Shown here: in pieces, positions 21,618 to 30,785 of the stretch | Layout of the letters: each line of letters starts with the position of its first letter | Position numbering within the stretch: the first letter of the stretch is position 1 | Origin: Actinomycetes bacterium | Lineage (GTDB): Bacteria; Actinomycetota; Actinomycetes; Nanopelagicales; Nanopelagicaceae | Reading direction: 5' to 3' | Length of the DNA: 64,000 nt | Assembly: GCA_031360585.1 (NCBI GenBank) | Contig: JANMBV010000022.1 | Span: 31,694-95,693 of the forward strand | Translations under genes and position numbers: made by a program | Notes under the pieces: model-generated | Databases searched by the model: none | What the model saw: only the letters and a program-made list of their open reading frames with translations | What the model was told of the DNA's origin: nothing

Positions 21618-23400
21618 TGGAAGCGATCTATACGTAAGCAATTCCGCACCACAAATAGGTGACCACGTTGTACTCAAGGTCCGCGTGCCCCTAGGCGACA
21701 AGGCAACGAAGATTTGGGTCAGGCTCTTCCATGACGGCGAACCACGCACCTTTGAACTAAAAAAAGGGAGAGCGAACACTGTTGAGACCTGGTGGTCGGT
21801 TTCAATTGAAATCCTCAATCCGCTTACGCATTACCGATTCATGCTGGTGGACAAAGGCACTTACCGTTGGTTAAACGGTGAAGGCGTCTTCCACAGAGAT
21901 GTAGTAGACCGAGAAGATTTTCAGATTGTTGCCAAGCCCCACTATCCAGAATGGATCAAGAGCGCGATCTTCTATCAGATCTTTCCTGATCGATTTGCAA
22001 CCTCTGGTGTTAAGCGAGATCTGCCAGATTGGGCGGTTCCTAAAGAGTGGAATTCGATTCCAACCGGGCGCGGTCCGAATGTGAGCACCGAGTTTTATGG
22101 TGGGGACTTTGAAGGGATCCAGCAACACCTTTCGCACTTGGAGGATTTAGGCGTGAACGCCATCTACTTCACTCCTTTCTTTCCAGCGCGAAGTGCTCAC
22201 CGCTATGACGCATCGAGTTTTGAACATGTAGATCCTCTTCTTGGAGGCGATGAAGCATTTCTTGAATTCTCCAAAGTTGCTCATGAAAAAGGTTTTCGAA
22301 TCATGGGTGACTTGACCAGCAACCATTGCGGTCTCGGTCACGAATGGATTCAGACTGCACTGAAAAATCCCGATGCGAAGGAGCGAGATTTCTTCTATTG
22401 GGACAAGGCAATCCGCCATGGGTACGTGGGTTGGTGGGGAGTGGCCTCTCTTCCTAAGTTGAATTATGCCTCCCCTCTATTGCAGGAGAAGATGTACTCA
22501 GGAGCCGATTCGATCGTTAGGAAGTGGCTTAAGCCGCCCTTTAGCAATGATGGCTGGCGTATTGATGTAGGAAACATGACCGGTCGCCATGGTGTTCAGG
22601 ACTTGAACCAGCAGGTCACACGGGGAATTCGAAATGCCATGGATGAGACCAGTCCTGGCGCCTGGCTCGTCGCTGAAAATGCAGATCACTCGCCATCTGA
22701 TTTGGACGGCTTCGGGTGGCACGGCACCATGAACTACGTTGGATTTGCTCGGCCCGTGTGGGGTTGGCTCAGCAAGTCGGCGAAATTTGCCAATGATTTC
22801 ATGGGACTTCCGGCACCAATTCCGACCTTTCCTGGTGAGTCGATGGTCGAGATGATGCGCTCGTTCGCAGCAGGCATCCCATGGCGCTCCCTCACGGCAA
22901 GCATGCTTCTACTTGATTCCCACGACACCGCCCGATTTCGAACGGTGACGGGTCGTGATCGTGCCAGGCATATTGCAGGAGTGACGATGTTGCTCTCGTA
23001 TCCGGGCGTCCCTTCGATTTTCGCTGGCGATGAGATCGGGCTGGAAGGAGAGTGGGGAGAGGATTCCAGGCGGACCATTGATTGGGAACATCCAAAAAAA
23101 TGGGACCAACAGTTATTTGCCGAGTTCAAGAAACTGATTGCCGTGCGCAAGGAGTCTGACGCATTACGCAATGGTGGGATTCGATGGGTCGACGTTAGAC
23201 CGAATTCAATTGCATACTTGCGGGAAAGTCAGAAGGAGAGTGTGCTCGTTTTTGTTGCGAGAAGCGCTGGTCGCTATCAACTCAACCTCAAACCCTACGG
23301 GTACACCGTTAAGAAAACCCTCTACGGTCCGGAGGCGAGAGCACAATCGATCTCAATTACATCCAAAGGCGCAATCAGCGGAATTTGGAGACTAAAATGA
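21577..23400 (+). CDS. Cytoplasmic GH13 alpha-glycosidase (maltodextrin glucosidase / neopullulanase-like)
   Basis: N-terminus has PHHDGSDLYV, typical of MalZ-like enzymes. GH13 regions are present (DLTSNH, GWRIDVGN, VAEN, LLDSHD). TTG start overlaps the amylase 3' end by 41 nt. Confidence 0.8.
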   Translation: MNYQAQNFPSPHHDGSDLYVSNSAPQIGDHVVLKVRVPLGDKATKIWVRLFHDGEPRTFELKKGRANTVETWWSVSIEILNPLTHYRFMLVDKGTYRWLNGEGVFHRDVVDREDFQIVAKPHYPEWIKSAIFYQIFPDRFATSGVKRDLPDWAVPKEWNSIPTGRGPNVSTEFYGGDFEGIQQHLSHLEDLGVNAIYFTPFFPARSAHRYDASSFEHVDPLLGGDEAFLEFSKVAHEKGFRIMGDLTSNHCGLGHEWIQTALKNPDAKERDFFYWDKAIRHGYVGWWGVASLPKLNYASPLLQEKMYSGADSIVRKWLKPPFSNDGWRIDVGNMTGRHGVQDLNQQVTRGIRNAMDETSPGAWLVAENADHSPSDLDGFGWHGTMNYVGFARPVWGWLSKSAKFANDFMGLPAPIPTFPGESMVEMMRSFAAGIPWRSLTASMLLLDSHDTARFRTVTGRDRARHIAGVTMLLSYPGVPSIFAGDEIGLEGEWGEDSRRTIDWEHPKKWDQQLFAEFKKLIAVRKESDALRNGGIRWVDVRPNSIAYLRESQKESVLVFVARSAGRYQLNLKPYGYTVKKTLYGPEARAQSISITSKGAISGIWRLK

Positions 23401-24989
23401 GGAAAGTGGGTTGGTGGCAAGAGGCGGTGTTTTACCAGATTTATCCTAGATCTTTCTATGACAGCAATGGAGATGGCGAGGGTGATCTTCGTGGAATCAC
23501 TGAGAACCTTGACTATGTTCATGACCTCGGAGTCGATGCCATATGGATGAGTCCCTTCTACAAATCCCCGAACAAGGATGGCGGCTATGACGTAGCCGAT
23601 CCCCGGGACGCAGACCCTCGCCACGGCAATTTATCCGATGCTAAAGCACTTTTCTCGCGGGCCAAGGAACTCGGTTTGAAAATAATCGTTGACATCATTC
23701 CAAATCATTTTTCCAGCGAACACGTATGGTTCAAAGAAGCCTTGGTGGCATCCAAGGACTCGGTAGAACGATCAAGATTTCATTTTCACGATGGAAAGGA
23801 CCCAAATACCCCGCCAAATAACTGGATTTCCTTGTTCGGCGGTTCGGTTTGGACCCAGGTGGAGGACGGGCAGTGGTATTTGCACCTCTTTGACTCCTCG
23901 CAACCGGATTTGAATTGGGAGAACAGTGAGGTCCAGGAAGATTTCGAGAAGACACTTCGTTTCTGGCTTGACCTCGGCGTAGATGGATTTCGAATTGATG
24001 TTGCTCACGGTTTGGCCAAGGAAAACTTGTTGCAAGATCACTACGATCCCCAAGGTCTGAGCGATGCATTGCGGCTAGATGTTGAGATGGATTCGGAAGA
24101 ACGTAGCGCCTTGCTTTCGAGCGTTCCCTTTTTCGACCGTGATGGCGTACACGATGTTTATAGGTCTTGGAGAAAAGTCTTTGATACCTATGATCGCGAT
24201 ATCATGGCTGTTGCTGAGGCGTGGGTTCATCCTCCCGAGCGGGCCATCCGATACGTAAGAAGAGATGAACTCGATCAGGTCTTTAACTTCGATCTTCTTG
24301 TTTCCCAATTTGATGACGTAGAACTCTTCAGTTGTATCGAGCGCACCTTGAAATTGATGGACGGTGCCGATGCTTCCCCAACGTGGGCTCTGAGCAATCA
24401 CGACACACCTCGGTTGGTGACAAGGGTGGGTGCGGAGCAAGCACGCGCCCTTGCCCTTTTCACTTTTGGATTGCCTGGTTCGTGTTACGTGTACCAAGGC
24501 CAGGAACTTGGTTTGCCTGATGTCGACCTTGCCGATGCAGATCGCCAGGATCCGGCCTTCATTAGGTCACGCGGGGCGCAGAAGGGCAGAGATGGGGCGC
24601 GTGTGCCTCTGCCTTGGATCGGGGATGTGACGCCTTTTGGGTTCACATCTGCAAAGCCATGGTTGCCGATACCTCAAGAATGGGAAGAGTTAACGGTCCA
24701 GAGTCAGCGAAGTGACGAGCGGAGTTCGTTGAGCATGTACCACGATGTGCTTGCACTGCGAAAGAGTCTATTTAGCGGAGAGAAAGATTTCTCGTGGACT
24801 ACAACCCCAGATGGCTCAGGCGTGATTTCATTTAGGAGAGGTACGGTCGAAATAGCGCTCAATACCTCCGATATACCGGTGCGGTTGAAGGCCTCGGGCC
24901 GCACGTTGATTGCGTCTAACGGTCCTAGCACTGGGATCGAGGCGGAGGTCGAACTCCCTCCGCGCACCTGTATTTGGCGTGTTTTGTAG
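23385..24989 (+). CDS. Alpha-glucosidase / oligo-1,6-glucosidase family (GH13)
   Basis: Motifs WWQEAVFYQIYPRSF.DSNGDG.GDL.GI...LDY...LGVDAIW.SP, DIIPNH, GFRIDVAH, VAEAW and LSNHDT. Confidence 0.85.
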   Translation: METKMRKVGWWQEAVFYQIYPRSFYDSNGDGEGDLRGITENLDYVHDLGVDAIWMSPFYKSPNKDGGYDVADPRDADPRHGNLSDAKALFSRAKELGLKIIVDIIPNHFSSEHVWFKEALVASKDSVERSRFHFHDGKDPNTPPNNWISLFGGSVWTQVEDGQWYLHLFDSSQPDLNWENSEVQEDFEKTLRFWLDLGVDGFRIDVAHGLAKENLLQDHYDPQGLSDALRLDVEMDSEERSALLSSVPFFDRDGVHDVYRSWRKVFDTYDRDIMAVAEAWVHPPERAIRYVRRDELDQVFNFDLLVSQFDDVELFSCIERTLKLMDGADASPTWALSNHDTPRLVTRVGAEQARALALFTFGLPGSCYVYQGQELGLPDVDLADADRQDPAFIRSRGAQKGRDGARVPLPWIGDVTPFGFTSAKPWLPIPQEWEELTVQSQRSDERSSLSMYHDVLALRKSLFSGEKDFSWTTTPDGSGVISFRRGTVEIALNTSDIPVRLKASGRTLIASNGPSTGIEAEVELPPRTCIWRVL

Positions 24990-25148
24990 GATTTTGCCGA
25001 AATATAGAGTTACCAAATCGTTGTAAAGAGTGCCCTATTTACAGTTAGTTGCAGTTGCCATAGAACGTGACGCGCAAGAGACTTCAACATACGCGGGACG
25101 CAGATAGGCATTGTTGTCTGGACCGTTAACACCCTCGAAAGGAACTAC

Positions 25149-26489
25149 ATGTCAATAAGAAAAAGGGGTTTGCTTGCTACCGTTGGCGTAGCGTCACTTT
25201 CGCTTCTTGCAACTTTTGTAACAACAGTTGCGCCTGCGAACGCTGCGACCAATTGCAAAAACGTTATCGGTGCTGGATACCCTCAATTGAAGGGCAAGAC
25301 CGTAACAATGTTCACGTCGATCCTTGATCCTGAGCTCTCCAAGTACCAGAAGGCTCTGGCTTCGTTTACCGCCTGTACAGGCATCAAGGTAAAGATGGAA
25401 GGGTCAAACCAATTTGAAGCGCTGCTTCCTGTGCGCGTAAAAGGCGGCAATGCCCCAGATATCGCGATCATTCCTCAACCCGGACTTCTGGCCCAAATGG
25501 TCGCCACCGGCAAAGCAGTCCCTGCACCAGGAAGGACTCTTGCAAACGTGAATAAATACTGGAGCCCAGGTTGGAAGGGCTACGGATCGGTCAAGGGCAA
25601 GTTCTACGCATCACCAAACAGCGCCAATATGAAATCGTTGGTCTGGTACTCACCTAAGGAATTTGCCAAGAACAAGTACACCGTTCCAACAACATGGACT
25701 GCAATGATGGCTCTAGCCGACAAGATGGCAGCTGCTAAGCAGACCGCTTTCTGCGGCGGCATTGGTTCAGGTGGCGCAACTGGATGGCCCGCAACTGACT
25801 GGTTGGAAGAAGTTGTCGTCCGTCAATTCGGCGGCAAAGTGTATGCCGATTGGATCTCTCACAAGGTGAAGTTCTCAGATCCAAAGATCCAAGCTGCCAT
25901 GAAGACAGTTGAAGGCTGGATGCTCAATCCAAAGTATGTTGGTGACGTCAAAGCAATCGCTACGACGACCTTCCAATCTGCCGGACTTGGTATTCCAAGC
26001 GGATCTTGCATGATGCTTCAGCAAGCATCGTTCTACGCTGCTCAATACCCAGCGGGAACATCTGTTAGCAAGAACGGGGATGTTTGGGCCTTCTACCTAC
26101 CTGGCATCAACTCATCAGTGAAGACTCCAGTTGAAGGCGGCGGAGAATTCTTCGCGGCATTCTCAAAGCGCCCTGAAGTTCAAGAACTTCAGAACTACCT
26201 ATCAAGTCCTCAGTGGGCAATCAACCGTATTGCCACTGCTGGTCCTGGTGGAGGATGGCTCTCTGCAAACTCTGGAGTTCCTCTATCTGCATACAAGAAC
26301 CCTCTCGATCAACTCTCGGCTAAGTACCTAGCAGACAAGAAATCAACCTTTGTCTTCGACGCCTCAGACGCAATGCCTGCTGCCGTTGGTGCTGGTACCG
26401 AATGGACTCAATTGACCTCATGGTTTGCCGATGGCAAATCCGCGGCAGATGTTGCCAAGGCAATTGATGCTTCCTGGCCTGCTCAGTAA
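25149..26489 (+). CDS. Carbohydrate ABC transporter substrate-binding protein (beta-glucoside/cellobiose-type operon)
   Basis: Signal peptide MSIRKRGLLATVGVASLSLLATFVTTVAPANA. SBP-family composition; heads an operon ending in a GH1 beta-glucosidase. Confidence 0.8.
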   Translation: MSIRKRGLLATVGVASLSLLATFVTTVAPANAATNCKNVIGAGYPQLKGKTVTMFTSILDPELSKYQKALASFTACTGIKVKMEGSNQFEALLPVRVKGGNAPDIAIIPQPGLLAQMVATGKAVPAPGRTLANVNKYWSPGWKGYGSVKGKFYASPNSANMKSLVWYSPKEFAKNKYTVPTTWTAMMALADKMAAAKQTAFCGGIGSGGATGWPATDWLEEVVVRQFGGKVYADWISHKVKFSDPKIQAAMKTVEGWMLNPKYVGDVKAIATTTFQSAGLGIPSGSCMMLQQASFYAAQYPAGTSVSKNGDVWAFYLPGINSSVKTPVEGGGEFFAAFSKRPEVQELQNYLSSPQWAINRIATAGPGGGWLSANSGVPLSAYKNPLDQLSAKYLADKKSTFVFDASDAMPAAVGAGTEWTQLTSWFADGKSAADVAKAIDASWPAQ

Positions 26490-26513
26490 CTAGATACGCG
26501 TACTTAAGAGGTT

Positions 26514-26543
26514 GGTGGGGATCCGAGAAATTGGATCCCCACC
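26514..26543 (+). terminator. Intercistronic hairpin after the binding-protein gene
   Basis: Stem GGTGGGGATCC (26514-26524), loop of 8 nt, stem GGATCCCCACC (26533-26543). No clear T-tract, so it is possibly an attenuator or mRNA stabiliser. Confidence 0.45.
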
Positions 26544-26631
26544 ATCTTCTCGTGCTTGCTATTTTTCGAGTTTCACCGAGTGATTCACGGCTTCGTTGCT
26601 AAACTAATGAAAATTTCGATCGGGGGGTGCG

Positions 26632-27612
26632 ATGAATTCCTTTCTTTCGACAAACCTCCCAAAATTTGAACAAGTTCTCATCGCCATAGCGGCATTCTTC
26701 GCAATTCTGATGGTTGTCTTTTATCTTGCCGGAAAGGCAAACGGCCGAATGCAACGCCCCATCGCCATTGTGGTACTACTCGGTCCGGCGATGATACTTC
26801 TTACGGCGGGACTGATAGTTCCGGCAATTCAGACAGTACTTTTTAGCTTCAAGGACGCAAACTCCGTGAAGTTCATCGGCATACAGAATTATTCCTGGCT
26901 TATCGCAAACCCAGACATGCGAAAAGTCTTCTTCAACACACTTCTCTGGATTGTCGTCACCCCCTTTGCGACCACGGCGCTTGGACTCTTTCTTGCGATC
27001 ATGCTTGATCGAATGAAGCGGGAATCGGTAGCTAAGTCACTCTTGTTTATGCCGATGGCGATCTCATTTGTCGGTGCTTCGGTGATCTGGAAATTTGTCT
27101 ATGACTACGCCGTGCCGAGTAAGCCACAGACCGGTTTACTCAGTGCGATAGTCCGATCCCTTGGCTTCAGGCCGTCTAACTGGATTTTGACGCAACCTCT
27201 CAACACTTTCCTTCTCATGATTATCTTTGTCTGGGTCCAAACTGGCTTTGCCATGGTCATTCTTTCTGCGGCAATCAAGGCAGTCCCAGCGGATATCGTC
27301 GAGGCCTCTGCTCTGGATGGAGCTCATGGGTGGAGACTATTTAGGAACATAACCTTTCCGATGGTGCGAAGCACCACGATCGTTGTCTTCGCCACGATGC
27401 TCGTCACATCACTAAAACTCTTTGACATCGTTCGAACCATGACGGGCGGAAACTTTGGCACCAGCGTCATTTCGAATGAAATGTACGCCGAAGTATTTGT
27501 GCGTTTTGATCAGGGTCGGGGATCAGCGCTGGCAGTGATTCTATTCGTCTTCGTCACGCCAATTTTGATCTACAACATCCGAAACCTCCGCAGAGAACGG
27601 AGCATCGCATGA
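26632..27612 (+). CDS. Carbohydrate ABC transporter permease
   Basis: 326 aa, 6 TM segments, EAA loop (EASALDGAHGWRLFRNITFP). Confidence 0.85.
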   Translation: MNSFLSTNLPKFEQVLIAIAAFFAILMVVFYLAGKANGRMQRPIAIVVLLGPAMILLTAGLIVPAIQTVLFSFKDANSVKFIGIQNYSWLIANPDMRKVFFNTLLWIVVTPFATTALGLFLAIMLDRMKRESVAKSLLFMPMAISFVGASVIWKFVYDYAVPSKPQTGLLSAIVRSLGFRPSNWILTQPLNTFLLMIIFVWVQTGFAMVILSAAIKAVPADIVEASALDGAHGWRLFRNITFPMVRSTTIVVFATMLVTSLKLFDIVRTMTGGNFGTSVISNEMYAEVFVRFDQGRGSALAVILFVFVTPILIYNIRNLRRERSIA

Positions 27613-28532
27613 GCACTTTGAAGCTGGCTAACGCCAATCCTGGGCGGAAACTTTTCTCCTCGAAGCTGGCCACCACGGTGGTATGGGCTATTACAATTCT
27701 GTGGACCGTACCCACCGTTGGTCTTTTCGCCAGTTCATTCAGAAATAAGCAAGACATCTTCCTTTCAGGTTGGTGGCACATTTTCACAAATCCACACCTC
27801 ACCTTGAGTAACTATCATGCAGTGATCTTTGGATCGAGTTCATCGACTCTCTCAGACGGAGTCCTTCCATATTTAATGAATTCCATCGTGATTACGATCC
27901 CTGCGGTGGTCTTCCCAGTCGTCGTTGCAACGATGGCTGCTTACTGTCTGGCGTGGGTGAAATTCAGAGGCAGCGATGCGCTCTTCTTCTTTATCTTCTG
28001 TCTCCAGATCGTCCCGATTCAAATGTCCTTGGTTCCGTTGTTGCAATTGTTCACTGGCGGTGCCCACATCGGCACCATCACGATTATTCCCAAACTAGGC
28101 ATTGCCGGTCACTTTGCCGGTATCTGGCTACCTCACACGATGTTTGCGCTGCCCCTTGCTATTTATCTATTACACAACTTCATCGCCTCACTTCCGAGAG
28201 ACCTGATGGAAGCTGCTTATGTTGATGGCGCAAATCATTTCAAAGTTTTCCGGCAGATAGTCCTGCCGCTGTCCGTTCCGGCTATCGCGGCTTTTGCAAT
28301 CTTTCAGTTCTTGTGGGTTTGGAACGATCTACTTGTGGCGCTTACCTTTGCTTCGGGCACCGAGGAAGTGGCTCCAATTAACGTCAAACTTGCTTCGCTG
28401 GTCGGGCAATGGGGATCGGGTTGGGAGACCCTCACTGCCGGCGCCTTCGTCACAATTGCTATTCCCCTTATCGTCTTCTTCTCACTACAACGCTTCTTTG
28501 TCCGAGGGCTGCTCGCGGGCTCTGTTAAATAA
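27609..28532 (+). CDS. Carbohydrate ABC transporter permease
   Basis: 307 aa with EAA loop (EAAYVDGANHFKVFRQIVLP). Start overlaps the upstream stop. Confidence 0.85.
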   Translation: MSTLKLANANPGRKLFSSKLATTVVWAITILWTVPTVGLFASSFRNKQDIFLSGWWHIFTNPHLTLSNYHAVIFGSSSSTLSDGVLPYLMNSIVITIPAVVFPVVVATMAAYCLAWVKFRGSDALFFFIFCLQIVPIQMSLVPLLQLFTGGAHIGTITIIPKLGIAGHFAGIWLPHTMFALPLAIYLLHNFIASLPRDLMEAAYVDGANHFKVFRQIVLPLSVPAIAAFAIFQFLWVWNDLLVALTFASGTEEVAPINVKLASLVGQWGSGWETLTAGAFVTIAIPLIVFFSLQRFFVRGLLAGSVK

Positions 28533-28560
28533 CTACTCTCAGAAACGATAGGTACTTCCC

Positions 28561-29967
28561 GTGTCCCACTTAAGCCCATCAACACTGGCCACCATCGGCG
28601 CATTAGCACCTCGCATCCCCCTTGATTTTCGAATGGGGACGGCAACTTCTGCTTGGCAGATCGAAGGTTCAAGTCAGATAAGAGGCAGGTCGATTTGGGA
28701 GGATTTTGCAGCCGTACCGGGAAATATCCGCGATGGATCAATGGCCGACCCGGCATGCGATCACGTCAATCGCTGGGAAACAGATTTGGACCTGCTTGCC
28801 TGGTTAGGTGTTGATTCATACCGGTTTTCGGTGAGTTGGCCACGAGTGCTCCCAAGCGGCACTGGAAAGATTGATGCAACCGGACTTGGATTTTATGATC
28901 GACTCATCGATGGGCTTTTACTTCGCAACATCGAACCCGTTGTCACTATCTACCACTGGGATCTGCCTTCTGCACTGGAGGCAAGGGGCGGCTGGCTCTG
29001 GGATGGAATCGGAGATTCTCTAGCCGAATACACCCAAGTCCTTGCAGAGAAATTTGCAGATCGCATCTCCATGTGGGCCACGCTCAACGAACCGTGGTGT
29101 TCGGCATTTTTGGGATACGCCGACAAATTCATGGCACCGGGCAAGGGCGATCCCTCCGCGGGATTCGAGGCCGCATACCGTTTACTAGTCGGTCATGCAA
29201 AATCCGTCGAAGTACTTCGTCACTACAACGCGAAAAACGTTGGCGTAGTCCTCAACCTCACAACCTTCATCGCCGAAGATGAGGCGGCGCAAGCACCTGC
29301 CTTACACATGGATGGCATCATGAATCGCCTCTGGCTCGATCCTCTTGCTGGGCGCGGAATTCCTTTAGACATCATTGAAAACACAAGGCACATAACGGAT
29401 TGGTCCTTCGTGAATGACACTGAGTTGGATCTGATCGCGGCTCCTATTGACTGGTTGGGAATTAACTATTACAACCCACAACGCATAGCCTCAGTAACCC
29501 AAGGTGGGGCGCTCGGCGTTGGCAATGGTCAAAGACCGGATGCATTTCCGGGAACGCCTCCCATTTCATTTGCTCCTAGGGGGCCACTTACCGAGATGGG
29601 CTGGGAGATGGATCCCGCAAGTTTGATTACTACTCTCACAAAAACGCAGGAGAGATTGCCCAATGTTCCCTTGTACATCACCGAAAATGGCGGCGCCTTT
29701 CCTGATCCCGTAGTGAATGGGGCCATCGACGATCAAGATCGTGTGGACTACTACGCAAGCCATGTGGAGTCCGCCCTTACTGCACGCGAGAGTGGAGTTG
29801 ACCTCCGTGGTTACTTCGCATGGTCGTTGCTTGATAATTTAGAGTGGGCAGAGGGATGGACCAAGCGCTTTGGTCTGTTTCACGTGGACAACGTGACGCA
29901 GAAGCGCACTGCAAAAACGAGTGCACATTTCTTTCGCGAACTAATTGCCCGCCGGCCGAAGGCTTGA
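28561..29967 (+). CDS. GH1 beta-glucosidase
   Basis: GH1 motifs are present: acid/base TLNEPW, nucleophile YITENG, N-terminal F.WG.ATS.WQIEG. GTG start. Confidence 0.9.
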   Translation: MSHLSPSTLATIGALAPRIPLDFRMGTATSAWQIEGSSQIRGRSIWEDFAAVPGNIRDGSMADPACDHVNRWETDLDLLAWLGVDSYRFSVSWPRVLPSGTGKIDATGLGFYDRLIDGLLLRNIEPVVTIYHWDLPSALEARGGWLWDGIGDSLAEYTQVLAEKFADRISMWATLNEPWCSAFLGYADKFMAPGKGDPSAGFEAAYRLLVGHAKSVEVLRHYNAKNVGVVLNLTTFIAEDEAAQAPALHMDGIMNRLWLDPLAGRGIPLDIIENTRHITDWSFVNDTELDLIAAPIDWLGINYYNPQRIASVTQGGALGVGNGQRPDAFPGTPPISFAPRGPLTEMGWEMDPASLITTLTKTQERLPNVPLYITENGGAFPDPVVNGAIDDQDRVDYYASHVESALTARESGVDLRGYFAWSLLDNLEWAEGWTKRFGLFHVDNVTQKRTAKTSAHFFRELIARRPKA

Positions 29968-30780
29968 ATTTAGCCAGAATTTCATTGGCTGGTCAAGGTA
30001 TTTCGCCCAAGACCTTTCGTTGTGGCCAGACCTCTTATACACGCGAGTTATGAAGTCTTCACCTTCGCGCCAACCTGCTCGGAGCATCTTCTTGTCTGCA
30101 TAATCTTGGAAGTCCCCATAGTGCGCATCGTGCCCTCTTGTCCCGCGACTCATCCAAATCCTATGTTGGCCCGGTCTTGGAAGAGAATCGAGCATTGCTT
30201 CTACTAGGGGAATCTCCCCCGCAGTCCAGTGTGTCGACAGTGCCAATGCCGTCGTGAAGAAATCTGGGCGTTTGGAGATGGCATACAACGATGCCAGTCC
30301 GCCCAAACTCGAGCCAATCACTGCCTTGTCCAGGTGAGAAATGTCCAGTTTGAGTGTCTGGCAAATAGCTGGAGCGATCATATTGGTGATTTGCTCGAGG
30401 TAATTGTTACCTTGCAAATTCTCAAGGGAGATTTCATCGTTGGCTTGGTAAGCGGGGACCCCATTTTGGAATGGATCTTGTGGGGCAAGGTCGAGGATTC
30501 GCCCCCATGGATTTGCCTGGCTCCGACTGTGAAAAACACCAATGATGGCCGGGGGAATAATCCCCATTGCCTTGCTGACACGCATCGCGGATTGAGCCAT
30601 TCGCCACGTTGCACGGTGAGTGGACGTAGCGGGGTCAAAAATATTCTGGCCGTCATGTGCAATAAGCAGGTGCTTTGTGGGCCGATCTGGAGTCCAGTAA
30701 TCAACAAGGCGTCCGTCGAAATCTACTCGATTGATGAGTCCAGTAACTCCACGGATTTGATAGCTCTTTATCGGCCTCAT
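29941..30780 (-). CDS. Esterase-family alpha/beta hydrolase (putative esterase, enterochelin-esterase-like)
   Basis: 279 aa with nucleophile elbow GSSLGG and HDGQN upstream. Its 3' end overlaps the beta-glucosidase 3' end by 27 nt (convergent). Confidence 0.7.
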   Translation of the reverse strand: MRPIKSYQIRGVTGLINRVDFDGRLVDYWTPDRPTKHLLIAHDGQNIFDPATSTHRATWRMAQSAMRVSKAMGIIPPAIIGVFHSRSQANPWGRILDLAPQDPFQNGVPAYQANDEISLENLQGNNYLEQITNMIAPAICQTLKLDISHLDKAVIGSSLGGLASLYAISKRPDFFTTALALSTHWTAGEIPLVEAMLDSLPRPGQHRIWMSRGTRGHDAHYGDFQDYADKKMLRAGWREGEDFITRVYKRSGHNERSWAKYLDQPMKFWLNSSLRPAGN

Positions 30781-30785
30781 GATGG

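Noticed and set aside
25022-25043. Dyad TGTAAA-N10-TTTACA upstream of the second sugar operon
   Set aside because: Six-bp AT-rich arms are expected by chance in a 160-nt AT-rich spacer. There is no resemblance to LacI-type (for example CebR) boxes that I know.
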